Positions 9,447-18,546 of a DNA stretch of 64,000 nucleotides are shown here, in pieces. The notes under the pieces were generated by a model, which was not told the origin of the DNA, did not search any database, and saw only the letters and a program-made list of their open reading frames with translations. The position numbers and the translations under genes are program-made. The DNA comes from Candidatus Bathyarchaeia archaeon. Lineage in GTDB: Archaea > Thermoproteota > Bathyarchaeia > Bathyarchaeales > Bathycorpusculaceae. Numbering within the stretch: position 1 is the first letter of the stretch; each line of letters opens with the position of its first letter. The stretch covers positions 64,001 to 128,000 of the forward strand of contig JBBFKZ010000003.1 of assembly GCA_037481775.1 (NCBI GenBank), written 5' to 3'.

Positions 9447-9772
9447 CAGAGAAAGAAGACACAGCCGCAATAGCCCTCCTCGAGTTTCTAAACGCAGTTG
9501 AAGCAGGCGTCGCCAGCGCACGACAAATCATAAAAACCGCGAAAATAGGCTGGGACCCGGCGCAGATTAAATGGGCACAGGCTGAAGGCACAAGCGGACC
9601 ATACGAACGCAGCGAAGACACAGACAACCCGGAATTCAAAGCCATGCTTAAAGACCTGCAGGCGCACAACGGATGCCTAACCCGCGAAGGATGGTTCTAC
9701 TGGGCCTTCCAAAACGGCGCCACAGTCGGACGCAAAAAACGAAGCCAAACCCCCTCAGCCAAAACCCAATAG
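9443..9772 (+). CDS. Hypothetical protein of the element
   Basis: ATGA overlap with the previous ORF; 109 aa with the element's codon usage. Confidence 0.7.
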   Translation: MTEKEDTAAIALLEFLNAVEAGVASARQIIKTAKIGWDPAQIKWAQAEGTSGPYERSEDTDNPEFKAMLKDLQAHNGCLTREGWFYWAFQNGATVGRKKRSQTPSAKTQ

Positions 9773-9802
9773 CGCAAACGCTTAGTCAGCGAGCCGTCAG
9801 CA

Positions 9803-11575
9803 ATGAGCCTCTTCAACCTTGCAGAGCTAAAGAATCAAGGCGGCTTCAAAGCCGGAGACCCGCTCGCCGTAGACCCACACATATACAGCAAATTCCTCAG
9901 GCACCTGAGCCGAACAGTCCGCCGAGACGTCACCGCGAAAAACATGGTTTTCCTAACCGCGCTAAGCGCCTACACGCCTGAACCCATAAACCTGTTCCTG
10001 CGCGGCGAAAGCAGCATAGGCAAAAGCTACAACGTAGTCCAAGCGCTCAAGTACTTCCCGAAAGACGACGTGTGGCTCCTCGGCGGCTTAAGCCCAACCG
10101 CGCTCATCCACCAGCACGGCTTACTCGTGGACAAAAACGGCAACCTGATACTGCCCTCGCAGAAGCCGGACAAAGACGCGCCAGCCGAAGAGAAAGAAGC
10201 ATGGACACAGCGAATGCACGACGCACGCTACCTCGTCGAGCTGAACAACAGAATCATCGTCTTCCTCGAAGCACCACACTTTGAAACCTTCAACATGCTT
10301 AGACCCATATTAAGCCACGACGCCCACCAAATCAGCTACCGCTTCACCGACAAGTCAGGCAAGGGACAACTGCAGACGCAGCACGTAGTCATCCAAGGCT
10401 GGCCCGCAACAATATTCTGCAGCACACAGGAAAAATACGTGCAAGACCTCGCCACAAGAGGCTTCACCGTAACACCTGAAATGAACAGGAAAAAATACGC
10501 TGCCGCCAACATGCTAACCGCCAGGAAAGCCGCATACCCCTGGAGCTTCAAATCCGACTTCGACCACATGCTCCTCGCAGGCTACATAAGCTCGCTGAAA
10601 ACATCGCTGGAAAACCTCGCCGCAGTAGACCCATACGCCGTCAAATTCGCCCAGGTCTTCCCAAGCCTGTCACCGCGGTCCATGCGCGACTTCAAACACT
10701 TAACAAACCTCGTCAAAGTCTCCGCGCTCTTCCACTACGCCCAGCGCCCACTCGTCATAAGAACCGTCAAGCCAGAACCAGACGCGGCTGCTGAAGCAAA
10801 ACAGGAACGCTACATCATGGTGACACGCCGAGACTACGACTTCATAATGGCTTTGTGGAGCAACATTCAGGAAACCACAGAAACCTCCGCGCCAGGACAC
10901 ATCATAAGGTTTTACCACGAAGCCGTAGAGGAAACAGCCAAAGAAAAAGAGGAATTCACCGTCGAAGACCTGACGGAGAAATGGAACAGCCGCGCAGAAG
11001 AAAAGAAATCAAGCGACGCCATAAGACGCTGGACCGCTTTTCTCTGCAGCATAGGCTACTTGACAAGCACGCCAGACCCGAACGACAAGCGACGCCAACT
11101 CTACAGAACCATCCGCACAAGCGAAAAACCCCGCAACTGCACGAATCCGCAGTTTTCGTCTATTTTCACGCTTGAAACGCTTAACGCTTGGCTTGAAGAA
11201 GCAACAAAAATATTTGCACACAACAGCCTTTCACTCAGAGAAAACATAATCAGCGAACGCGAAGTCACCGTGGAAGAACTGTACGCTAAACACTTTCTAA
11301 GCGAAACAAACCCATGTGCAAATACCGCTTTACGCACAACAACCGCTTCTTCAACCGAAAACACTTCAAGAATAGACGAAAACGGCAAAATCAACAAATT
11401 GCGGAATTTTAAGGCGGTCTACTGGAGCGACGGCTTCTACGGCTGGCATCCATGCGCCGCCTGCGGCTACACCAAGCTGACAAGTTGGCAAGCTGAAACC
11501 TTCAAGAACGAAACCGCCTGGCTTTGCGAAGACTGCAAAGAAGCATGGATGCAACAGCAGGCAGGAGACGCTTAA
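9803..11575 (+). CDS. AAA+ ATPase / MCM-like replication helicase with wHTH and C-terminal Zn finger
   Basis: Walker A LRGESSIGKS, putative Arg finger LATRGF, RSMRD, wHTH-like segment, CAAC...CEDC; directly upstream of the integrase. Confidence 0.7.
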   Translation: MSLFNLAELKNQGGFKAGDPLAVDPHIYSKFLRHLSRTVRRDVTAKNMVFLTALSAYTPEPINLFLRGESSIGKSYNVVQALKYFPKDDVWLLGGLSPTALIHQHGLLVDKNGNLILPSQKPDKDAPAEEKEAWTQRMHDARYLVELNNRIIVFLEAPHFETFNMLRPILSHDAHQISYRFTDKSGKGQLQTQHVVIQGWPATIFCSTQEKYVQDLATRGFTVTPEMNRKKYAAANMLTARKAAYPWSFKSDFDHMLLAGYISSLKTSLENLAAVDPYAVKFAQVFPSLSPRSMRDFKHLTNLVKVSALFHYAQRPLVIRTVKPEPDAAAEAKQERYIMVTRRDYDFIMALWSNIQETTETSAPGHIIRFYHEAVEETAKEKEEFTVEDLTEKWNSRAEEKKSSDAIRRWTAFLCSIGYLTSTPDPNDKRRQLYRTIRTSEKPRNCTNPQFSSIFTLETLNAWLEEATKIFAHNSLSLRENIISEREVTVEELYAKHFLSETNPCANTALRTTTASSTENTSRIDENGKINKLRNFKAVYWSDGFYGWHPCAACGYTKLTSWQAETFKNETAWLCEDCKEAWMQQQAGDA

Positions 11576-11579
11576 CCCT

Positions 11580-12767
11580 GTGGCTTCCAGCGATCAACCG
11601 CTGGCATGCCCGCAATGCGGCGGCACCAGACTTTACAGAGACGGCTTACGCTACTTATCCAATGGAGCAGCAGCACAACGTTGGCTATGCAGAAACTGCG
11701 GCTACCGCTTCAGCGAAAGAAAAGCATTACAAAAAAATTTGAGGCAGTCAATAAATACCCGCTTCGCCATACTTTCTAGCTGCCAAGGGAGCTGTGAAGC
11801 GTCAAGCGGAGCACCCTCCGTCACAAAGGCGGCGAAAACCTTGGCCACAGTAGAAAACTCGATTAAAAGCGGGCTGGCGGGAGCCACAAAGCAGACAGCC
11901 GACGTCAAGGGAAAAATCGTGGAATACAGCTTCTGGCTGCTGAAACAAGGATACTCCAAATGCACCATTCAAGGACGAACCAAACTCCTAAAGCGCTTAG
12001 CCAAGCTCGGAGACCTTCTTAATCCAGAGTCGATAAAAGAAGTCATAGCAAAGCAAGAGTGGAGCACAGGCAGAAAAATCAACGCCGTCGACGCCTACAC
12101 AAGCTTCCTCCAAATGCAAAACGCAAGGTGGGATCCACCGCAGTACAGGCGAATTCGGAGACTGCCGTTTATCCCAACAGAAAACGAAGTCGACCAACTA
12201 ATAGGCGGATGCAACAAGCGAATGGCAGCCTTCCTACAACTGCTTAAGGAAACTGGCATACGCTGCGGCGAAGCCTGCAAACTAAAATGGACCGACATCG
12301 ACATGGAAAACCCATCAATAAACGTGACGCCTGAAAAAGGCAGCAACCCAAGGCTGCTTAAAATCTCCGCCAAACTGGCAAGCATGCTCAACGCACTGCC
12401 AAAAAACTCCCAAACCATCTTTCCGCCAAACGCTGACATAATGCGCAAAAGCTTCCAAAGACAACGCAGACAAATCGCCTTCAAACTTCAAAACCCACGA
12501 CTCATCCAAATCAGCTTCCACACACTTCGCCACTGGAAAGCCACAATGGAATACCACAAGACCAAAGACATTCTACACGTCATGCAGCTTCTCGACCACA
12601 GAAACATCAACAACACGCTGGTCTACACGCAGCTCGTCAACTTCAGAGAAGACGACTACATCGCGCGGGTAGCCCACTCTGAACAGGAAGTCTGCCAGCT
12701 AATTGAGGCAGGCTTCGAGTACGTCTGCGACTATAATGGTAACAAAATCTTCCGTAAACGCAAGTAG
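11580..12767 (+). CDS. Tyrosine integrase with N-terminal Zn ribbon
   Basis: ETGIRCGE (R), EKG (K), HTLRH, LDH, VY catalytic Tyr; N-terminal CPQC...CRNC. Confidence 0.93.
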   Translation: MASSDQPLACPQCGGTRLYRDGLRYLSNGAAAQRWLCRNCGYRFSERKALQKNLRQSINTRFAILSSCQGSCEASSGAPSVTKAAKTLATVENSIKSGLAGATKQTADVKGKIVEYSFWLLKQGYSKCTIQGRTKLLKRLAKLGDLLNPESIKEVIAKQEWSTGRKINAVDAYTSFLQMQNARWDPPQYRRIRRLPFIPTENEVDQLIGGCNKRMAAFLQLLKETGIRCGEACKLKWTDIDMENPSINVTPEKGSNPRLLKISAKLASMLNALPKNSQTIFPPNADIMRKSFQRQRRQIAFKLQNPRLIQISFHTLRHWKATMEYHKTKDILHVMQLLDHRNINNTLVYTQLVNFREDDYIARVAHSEQEVCQLIEAGFEYVCDYNGNKIFRKRK

Positions 12768-12810
12768 AACCCCTAAAAAGTATTTTTTAGCGGGCGGGGT
12801 TCAGCGTAAA

Positions 12811-12885
12811 CGGGCGGGGTGGGATTTGAACCCACGACCCCCACCTTAGGAGGGTGATGCTCTATCCGTCCTGAGCTACCCGCCC
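12811..12885 (-). tRNA. tRNA-Arg(CCT)
   Basis: Minus strand GGGCGGG TAGCTCAGGACGGATAGAGC A TCACC CT-CCT-AA GGTGG...GTGGG TTCAAAT CCCAC CCCGCCC G; full cloverleaf. Confidence 0.96.
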
Positions 12886-12991
12886 GCGTGCGGTGCTGGC
12901 AGCGAGAAATATTTGGTGGCTTCAGATTTTAACTTGCCGCTTGTGATGCAAAAAACTTAAACGTGTTGAACCGTGAAGTTTAGTGGCTGGT

Positions 12992-13111
12992 GCGGGGGTA
13001 CCCGAGCCAGGTCTAAATAGGCGGCCAGATCTTTGATGCCTAAGACAAGGGGGAGGACTTAAGATCCTCTGGCGCAGGCCTTCGTGGGTTCAAGTCCCAC
13101 CCCCCGCACCA
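12992..13111 (+). tRNA. tRNA-Leu(TAA) with a 32-nt D-loop intron (about 13017-13048) and encoded CCA
   Basis: Acceptor GCGGGGG/CCCCCGC, anticodon arm GAGGA CT-TAA-GA TCCTC, long variable arm; BHB-like GTCT-AAA...AGAC-AAG. Splicing restores GGTCTAAGGGG. Confidence 0.93.
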
Positions 13112-13418
13112 TCAGCGAGAACCTAATCTTACTCAATCGTGGATTTTGACGTGCCATGGTCAATTAGCGAAAATGTCTTTTTCAGCACGATATAACAATG
13201 CTCAGCCAGCATATTTGGCGGCTATTAGCCATTCATTGCAGAAACCTATAGAGGGGCTATCACGGCGGCAATAGTTCAGCTTATACAAAAAGGGGAAACC
13301 GCTCAGAAGTGAGCAAATGAAGAACTGCAGCGCGCAATAACCAAAGTAGCGTGCTGACCGTGTAATCCGTGCGATCCCATGCAATATTCTTTTAAACTGC
13401 CAATCCCTAGGCTGTTTT

Positions 13419-13817
13419 ATGCACGAGTGGGCTTTAGCTGAAGCAGTAATTATAGCTGCAGGAAAAATTGCCGAAAAGGAAAAACTGCGCGAAGTTAGAG
13501 AAGTAACCATTAAAGTCGGTGAACTTCAGCAGGTAGAAGAGGATATACTGCGTTTCGCGCTTTCACAGCTAAAGCCAGTCAACTTCAAAAACACGGAGTT
13601 CCATATTACTAAAGCGCGGACGACACTTAGATGCCGAGTTTGCGGAAACAACTGGCTTTTCAAGAGGAACAAACTGGATGAAAACACCGCGGAAGCCATA
13701 CATTTTGTCCCTGAAGTCGCGCATTCCTACATTAAATGCCCAAAATGCGGCAGCCCAGACTTTGAAATCATCGAAGGACGGGGAATATGGCTTGAAAATA
13801 TAAAGGGAGTACGCTAA
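13419..13817 (+). CDS. hypA: Hydrogenase nickel incorporation protein HypA
   Basis: MHE N-terminus, CRVC and CPKC. Confidence 0.95.
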   Translation: MHEWALAEAVIIAAGKIAEKEKLREVREVTIKVGELQQVEEDILRFALSQLKPVNFKNTEFHITKARTTLRCRVCGNNWLFKRNKLDENTAEAIHFVPEVAHSYIKCPKCGSPDFEIIEGRGIWLENIKGVR

Positions 13818-13819
13818 AG

Positions 13820-14551
13820 GTGATTGACCCGCGAGCAGAAATGATAAACGGAAGACTAAAGGAAATAGGCAGAATCATAGCGGTTTCAAGTGGGAAAGGC
13901 GGAGTCGGCAAAAGTCTCGTGGCAACTAACCTCGCGCTGGCGCTGTCTCAACAAGGCTGCAAAGTGGGACTCTTCGATTTGGACTTCACAAGCCCCTCAA
14001 CACACCTAATTCTAGGCGCCAAAGACGTCAAGCCGAAAGAGGAAAAGGGCATAGTGCCGCCAACCGTTAATGGCTTAGTTTACATGACAATAGTCTACTT
14101 CTCAGGCGACAAAGCAACGCCGCTAAGAGGAGAAGACGTGTCAAACGCACTAATCGAGCTGTTTTCAGTCACACAATGGGGCAAACTCGATTTTCTCATT
14201 ATAGACATGCCTCCCGGCATAAGCGACGCCGTGCTTGATCTAGTAAGGCTTGTTAAAGACATAGAATTCCTGATAGTGACTACTCCTTCGCTTTTGGCTT
14301 TTGAAACCGTAAAAAAGCAGATAAGCTTACTGCGCGACTTGAAGATTCCGATAATTGGTATCGTGGAAAACATGAAAATGAACGAGGCAAACACCATAGA
14401 GCATGAAACGGAAAAGCTCGGCGTAAAATTTCTGACGGGGATCCCCTTTGACCCTAAAGTGGAGGAAGCCATCGGAGACGCAGCAAAACTCGGTGATACC
14501 ATAATCGCCAAGAAGATTAGGCAGGTAGCAGAAACAGAAATTATACTGTGA
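13820..14551 (+). CDS. mrp: Mrp/NBP35 family ATP-binding protein
   Basis: SGKGGVGKS, DMPPG, ENM; the usual CxxC is not evident. Confidence 0.9.
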   Translation: MIDPRAEMINGRLKEIGRIIAVSSGKGGVGKSLVATNLALALSQQGCKVGLFDLDFTSPSTHLILGAKDVKPKEEKGIVPPTVNGLVYMTIVYFSGDKATPLRGEDVSNALIELFSVTQWGKLDFLIIDMPPGISDAVLDLVRLVKDIEFLIVTTPSLLAFETVKKQISLLRDLKIPIIGIVENMKMNEANTIEHETEKLGVKFLTGIPFDPKVEEAIGDAAKLGDTIIAKKIRQVAETEIIL

Positions 14552-14594
14552 AAAGGCTATTATCCATAAACAAGCAAGGTAAGAATGCGGATAA

Positions 14595-15344
14595 TTGCAG
14601 GAGCTGCGGAAGGTGGCGCATGCTAAAGCAGTATTAACCGATTATATTGGCACGTTAGTGAACGCCCGCTACTATAGCATGGACGCCTCACGGAGAACGC
14701 TGCACAGAGCTCTAAAAGACGCTGGATTAGAAACAGAATTTGAAAAGTTTCTGGAAGCCTACAAGCGAGCACATGAGAAATATCGCTTAATACGCTACGG
14801 GCAACTTGAAGTGACGAATGCGGTATGGGTCTGCGAGGCTCTCAACGACTTAGGATGCAGAACAAGCACCGAGGATCCACAAATCAAAGCGGCCCTAAAC
14901 GTTTTCTTTAAGGACTACGTTGATTCCCTCGAGCTTAGACCATGCGCCAAGAAATTGCTTAGAAGGATAAAGGAAAACTGCAAGCTTGGTTTAGTATCCA
15001 ACTTCACCTATGCGCCTGTAGTCTACGCTAGCTTGAGAAAACTAGGGATAAGCCAGTTTTTCGATGTAGTTGTGGTTTCAGAGGAAAACGGCTGGAGAAA
15101 ACCGCACACGCAGATCTTCCAATGCGCCTTGGAGAAGCTGCGGGTTAAGGCGGAAGAAGCAATCTTCATCGGCGATAGTCCCTTGGAAGACATTAAAGGC
15201 GCCAAAGAAATTGGAATGAAAACAGTTTTTGTCGCATCCCAGTTTTATTCACTGAAAGACTTGCAGGACAGCGGCGAAGAGCCGAACGTTATCGCTGAAG
15301 ATCTGCGACAAATTCATAAAGACTTTTTGAATATTATAAGCTAA
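14595..15344 (+). CDS. HAD-superfamily hydrolase
   Basis: DYIGTL, VSN, RKP, GDSPLED. Confidence 0.9.
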   Translation: MQELRKVAHAKAVLTDYIGTLVNARYYSMDASRRTLHRALKDAGLETEFEKFLEAYKRAHEKYRLIRYGQLEVTNAVWVCEALNDLGCRTSTEDPQIKAALNVFFKDYVDSLELRPCAKKLLRRIKENCKLGLVSNFTYAPVVYASLRKLGISQFFDVVVVSEENGWRKPHTQIFQCALEKLRVKAEEAIFIGDSPLEDIKGAKEIGMKTVFVASQFYSLKDLQDSGEEPNVIAEDLRQIHKDFLNIIS

Positions 15345-15375
15345 CTAATCAACCAATAGGCATGCGAAAGCGAGG

Positions 15376-15993
15376 CTATTTACCGAGTTTTTCAGCGAGA
15401 AGACGCTCAGCTATTTTCAGCTCTTGCACGGTGTTTATGTTCACCGCAACCTCCTTCAAATCCAGCAAGCAAATTGCTTGTTCTAACTCGCCCTCGTCAA
15501 TCCTGCGCCCGTCAATCAAGTTGATTCCTGCAGGAACTACACGCGTGCCTTCAAAGGTAAACGCATATTCTCCGCTAAACCCCAACCGCTCTTTCGTTTC
15601 AAACGGAACTACAACGCTCAATGCGGGCTTACCGCACCTTTCATAACACTTCACTATAGCGTCGATAACTTCCCCAGTAATCAATGGGAGATCAGCTCCA
15701 ATAGCTAGGACAGCATTCAATCCGAGGCTTTTAAGAGCGTATTGCATGTCAGAAACGTATTCTTTTCCAGGAGTTTTGATAACGGAAACTGGAAACCGCA
15801 GCATCAGCGCCGCCGTTTTAGGTGTATAGTCACTGACAGCAACCACGATGGAGTCAACTTTCTTGGCTGCTCTCAACGCCGTAATGATGTACTCGATAAT
15901 AGGTTTGCCGCCTATGCAGATAAGTGGCTTCTCCTCAGAAAGCGCCATGCGGGTGCCCTTCCCGCCGGCCATGACAAGCGCGGTTACGCCCAC
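15376..15993 (-). CDS. cobY: Adenosylcobinamide-phosphate guanylyltransferase CobY
   Basis: MAGGKGTRM..EKPL, ADLP, NINT; follows cobS. Confidence 0.85.
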   Translation of the reverse strand: MGVTALVMAGGKGTRMALSEEKPLICIGGKPIIEYIITALRAAKKVDSIVVAVSDYTPKTAALMLRFPVSVIKTPGKEYVSDMQYALKSLGLNAVLAIGADLPLITGEVIDAIVKCYERCGKPALSVVVPFETKERLGFSGEYAFTFEGTRVVPAGINLIDGRRIDEGELEQAICLLDLKEVAVNINTVQELKIAERLLAEKLGK

Positions 15994-16736
15994 CGCATCA
16001 CCGCCAACAAAGCGACCAGAGAAGTCATTCGGACAATCTCGTTTGTTGCACCCAGCACGTCGCCTGTTACACCCTTAAAGTGTCTATGGGCAATTTCTAC
16101 CATAATGAAGCTTGCCGCTATGGCCGCAAGCAAGGTCAAGGCGCCTGCCAACCGCAGCAGAGGTAAGATTATCGCGAAGGAAATAGCCACAGCCGCGAGT
16201 AGTCGTGTATTGCCGTTTTTGCCATGCATAGCCTCAAGAAAGGCAGAGCTCATTCCCTGATGAACTGCGTTGCCGGCCCAGGCACCGATGACCATGGCTA
16301 ATTTCGCTGCAACCTCAGCCACTATTATGCCCTGGATGATTATGCCTCTGTGCAGTTCAGCTATGGAGAACGCCGTGACTAAGAAGGTAATTATCCCAAG
16401 GGATAATCCGCCCGCGCCAGTTAACTGGTCATGCATGATTTCGATTTTTCTTTCCGCTGAGCCATGAGCCATAATTCCGTCGCCGAAATCCAACAAGCCA
16501 TCGGTGTGATGTAACCCTGTGATTAGCAACAGCACGCCGAGCACTAACGTGCCCACGACTAAGCTGGGGAGAAAATGGGCAGTAATCCAACCGAATAAAC
16601 CAGCCAAAAACCCGATGAACGCGCCTACCAGTGGAAAAAGGAACATAAACTTTGCAGAGTCGGTTAAACAATCTTTGTCCATACTTACTGGAATAATTGT
16701 AAGAAAAGAAAGGAGATTTTTAACTTCTTTAAGCAT
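15984..16736 (-). CDS. cobS: Cobalamin synthase CobS
   Basis: SFLTIIP, TGLHHTDGLLDFGDG, MHDQLTGAGG, GVTGDVLGATNE. Confidence 0.93.
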   Translation of the reverse strand: MLKEVKNLLSFLTIIPVSMDKDCLTDSAKFMFLFPLVGAFIGFLAGLFGWITAHFLPSLVVGTLVLGVLLLITGLHHTDGLLDFGDGIMAHGSAERKIEIMHDQLTGAGGLSLGIITFLVTAFSIAELHRGIIIQGIIVAEVAAKLAMVIGAWAGNAVHQGMSSAFLEAMHGKNGNTRLLAAVAISFAIILPLLRLAGALTLLAAIAASFIMVEIAHRHFKGVTGDVLGATNEIVRMTSLVALLAVMRWA

Positions 16737-16745
16737 TTAGCCGCA

Positions 16746-17861
16746 TCACCGTACGCCCATTAACAACTCATAGTTTCTCTCAATTTCCTTAAGCATCATA
16801 CCCCTTGTTATGGCGCCGCCCGTCTTAGCCATCGCCGCTATGGAAGCACCGCCAGCGCCTACACCTTCCTTTACAATGCCCTTCTCATAAGCCTTTAAAC
16901 CGTCAAATCGAGACGATGCAAAGTCCAGATCAGCTGCTAAAATGGGCACATCTGCAATCTGATCCACAATGCCCTTGATATCGGATGAGCAGTCGCTTAT
17001 AACCCAACGCGTGGTGCCGATAGCCACGTTGCACAAGATGCTTGGCTTCAACGCTTTGGCAACGGCTAATACAGCGGTCATCTGAGTGCCTCCGGCCATT
17101 AGCACTGGAACTTGAGCGGCAGCACCGATAACTAAGCCCGCGAAAGCAGGCATCATAGGGTCGCCTAGGCATGCGATTGCTTTAACGGGGTTTTTTGCCA
17201 AGCCGCCGAACCCTACGCTTGCAGAGGCTAATCCCACGCGGACGGCTTCACTTTTTAAGCTGTGCGGATTTTCTGGCATGCTACTGCTGACTTTCCCTTC
17301 AGCTTTTACGCCCATGGCTGACAGAACACCTAATGCGGTTGTTGTGCCGCCTGGTATGCTCTCGCCGATTACAAGGTAATCAGCCATCTTAGCCAGATGC
17401 TCGCCTGCCAAAGTAGCCCGCTGAATAACCGCCTCAACGTTATCCACTGCGTTTCCAGTTCTTATGTCTCTGCCTGGGCTTCCGCCTAAATCCAAAAACG
17501 GAATCTGCGGCTTCACCTTCAACCCGCCACATGCAACAATCACAGGTATATCCGCAAGCTTCAAAGCTGACAGAGTTATCAACGCCGGCGTTGGAATGCC
17601 ATCAGGAGTAACGGGCACACCTGCAATGCATTTACATTTGCCCAACAGCAGTAGCTCAGCATCCGCGGGTGGTGTGTAATCAGTGAATTCTGGAAATTTC
17701 CCAGCTGCTGATATACCAGGAATCTTGGCTGTTTCTGTTGTGGCTATGGTGCAGACGAAAAGCGGCTTCTTTCCATCCAGCTCTTCTAGGAAGGCTTCTG
17801 CCTTAGGCTCGTTTCGTGCTAATATCACATCAAAGGTTTTTTTCATTACCAAACCTACCAT
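16746..17861 (-). CDS. cobT: Archaeal CobT-type nicotinate-nucleotide phosphoribosyltransferase
   Basis: IPGISAAG, GESIPGGTTTA, AGGTQM, YEKGIVKEGVGAGG. Confidence 0.9.
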   Translation of the reverse strand: MVGLVMKKTFDVILARNEPKAEAFLEELDGKKPLFVCTIATTETAKIPGISAAGKFPEFTDYTPPADAELLLLGKCKCIAGVPVTPDGIPTPALITLSALKLADIPVIVACGGLKVKPQIPFLDLGGSPGRDIRTGNAVDNVEAVIQRATLAGEHLAKMADYLVIGESIPGGTTTALGVLSAMGVKAEGKVSSSMPENPHSLKSEAVRVGLASASVGFGGLAKNPVKAIACLGDPMMPAFAGLVIGAAAQVPVLMAGGTQMTAVLAVAKALKPSILCNVAIGTTRWVISDCSSDIKGIVDQIADVPILAADLDFASSRFDGLKAYEKGIVKEGVGAGGASIAAMAKTGGAITRGMMLKEIERNYELLMGVR

Positions 17862-18529
17862 TTCTTAGATTTGACTGTGAAACTTTTGATCATCAAGCGC
17901 CCATAACCATTAAGCCTTACCTTCTCGCTTTCAAGAATCTCAAGCCGCTTCCTGAAGATTGGCCCGTCTATTACAAGTGTGTGAAATTCACCATGCTCTC
18001 CACAGGGGTCAACGGTACCAAGCCGGCACAGGTCATCAAAGAACGCTTGGGTTATTTCTCTGCCAAGCCACTCTAGCCCCAGCAATTCGGTTTTTACCCT
18101 AACCAAGACAGCCTTGAAACCCGCGGCTATGAACTCCCGGAGAATCTGGGTGGTATCGCGATGCCACAGAGGCCTAACAGGCACTAAGCCCACTTCTTTG
18201 CAGATACGCTCTAACCAGCCAGCCTCATGCAGAGCCACGTCAAAAACATCCCCAGTCACAATACCTTCCACGCCCTCGGCTTTCAGCTTCAGTAATGCCT
18301 TCTTGAAATCTTGCTCGTAAGTCGCGGGGGTGGTTGTCCATTTTTCTATTGGAATACCGATGGCTTCTGATTGGGCATCAAGCAGGTCTGAGGGGATCAT
18401 GTGGAAATTTGATTTTTGCGGGTCAGACATCATAGTCAACAAATGCGACACAGCGTGCCCTTCCTGGATTGCTTTGTAGCATGCAAAGCAGCTGTCTTTG
18501 CCGCCGCTCCATGAAGCAACAAGTTTCAT
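17855..18529 (-). CDS. Dph6-like PP-loop ATP pyrophosphatase
   Basis: SWSGGKDS, PLW, DPCGEHGEFHT. Confidence 0.88.
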   Translation of the reverse strand: MKLVASWSGGKDSCFACYKAIQEGHAVSHLLTMMSDPQKSNFHMIPSDLLDAQSEAIGIPIEKWTTTPATYEQDFKKALLKLKAEGVEGIVTGDVFDVALHEAGWLERICKEVGLVPVRPLWHRDTTQILREFIAAGFKAVLVRVKTELLGLEWLGREITQAFFDDLCRLGTVDPCGEHGEFHTLVIDGPIFRKRLEILESEKVRLNGYGRLMIKSFTVKSKKW

Positions 18530-18546
18530 GCGTTTGATCGCCTCCC

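Larger units (their letters stand above)
1..12820. mobile_element. Integrative element (right part) inserted at the 3' end of tRNA-Arg(CCT); left end lies outside the window
   Basis: The tyrosine integrase ends about 45 bp from the tRNA 3' end. It is preceded by an AAA+ helicase-like replication gene, RHH regulators and AT-rich defence cargo. The other att site is not visible. Confidence 0.85.

Noticed and set aside
13419-14551. Hydrogenase gene cluster
   Set aside because: Only hypA and mrp, a common archaeal pair; no structural subunits.
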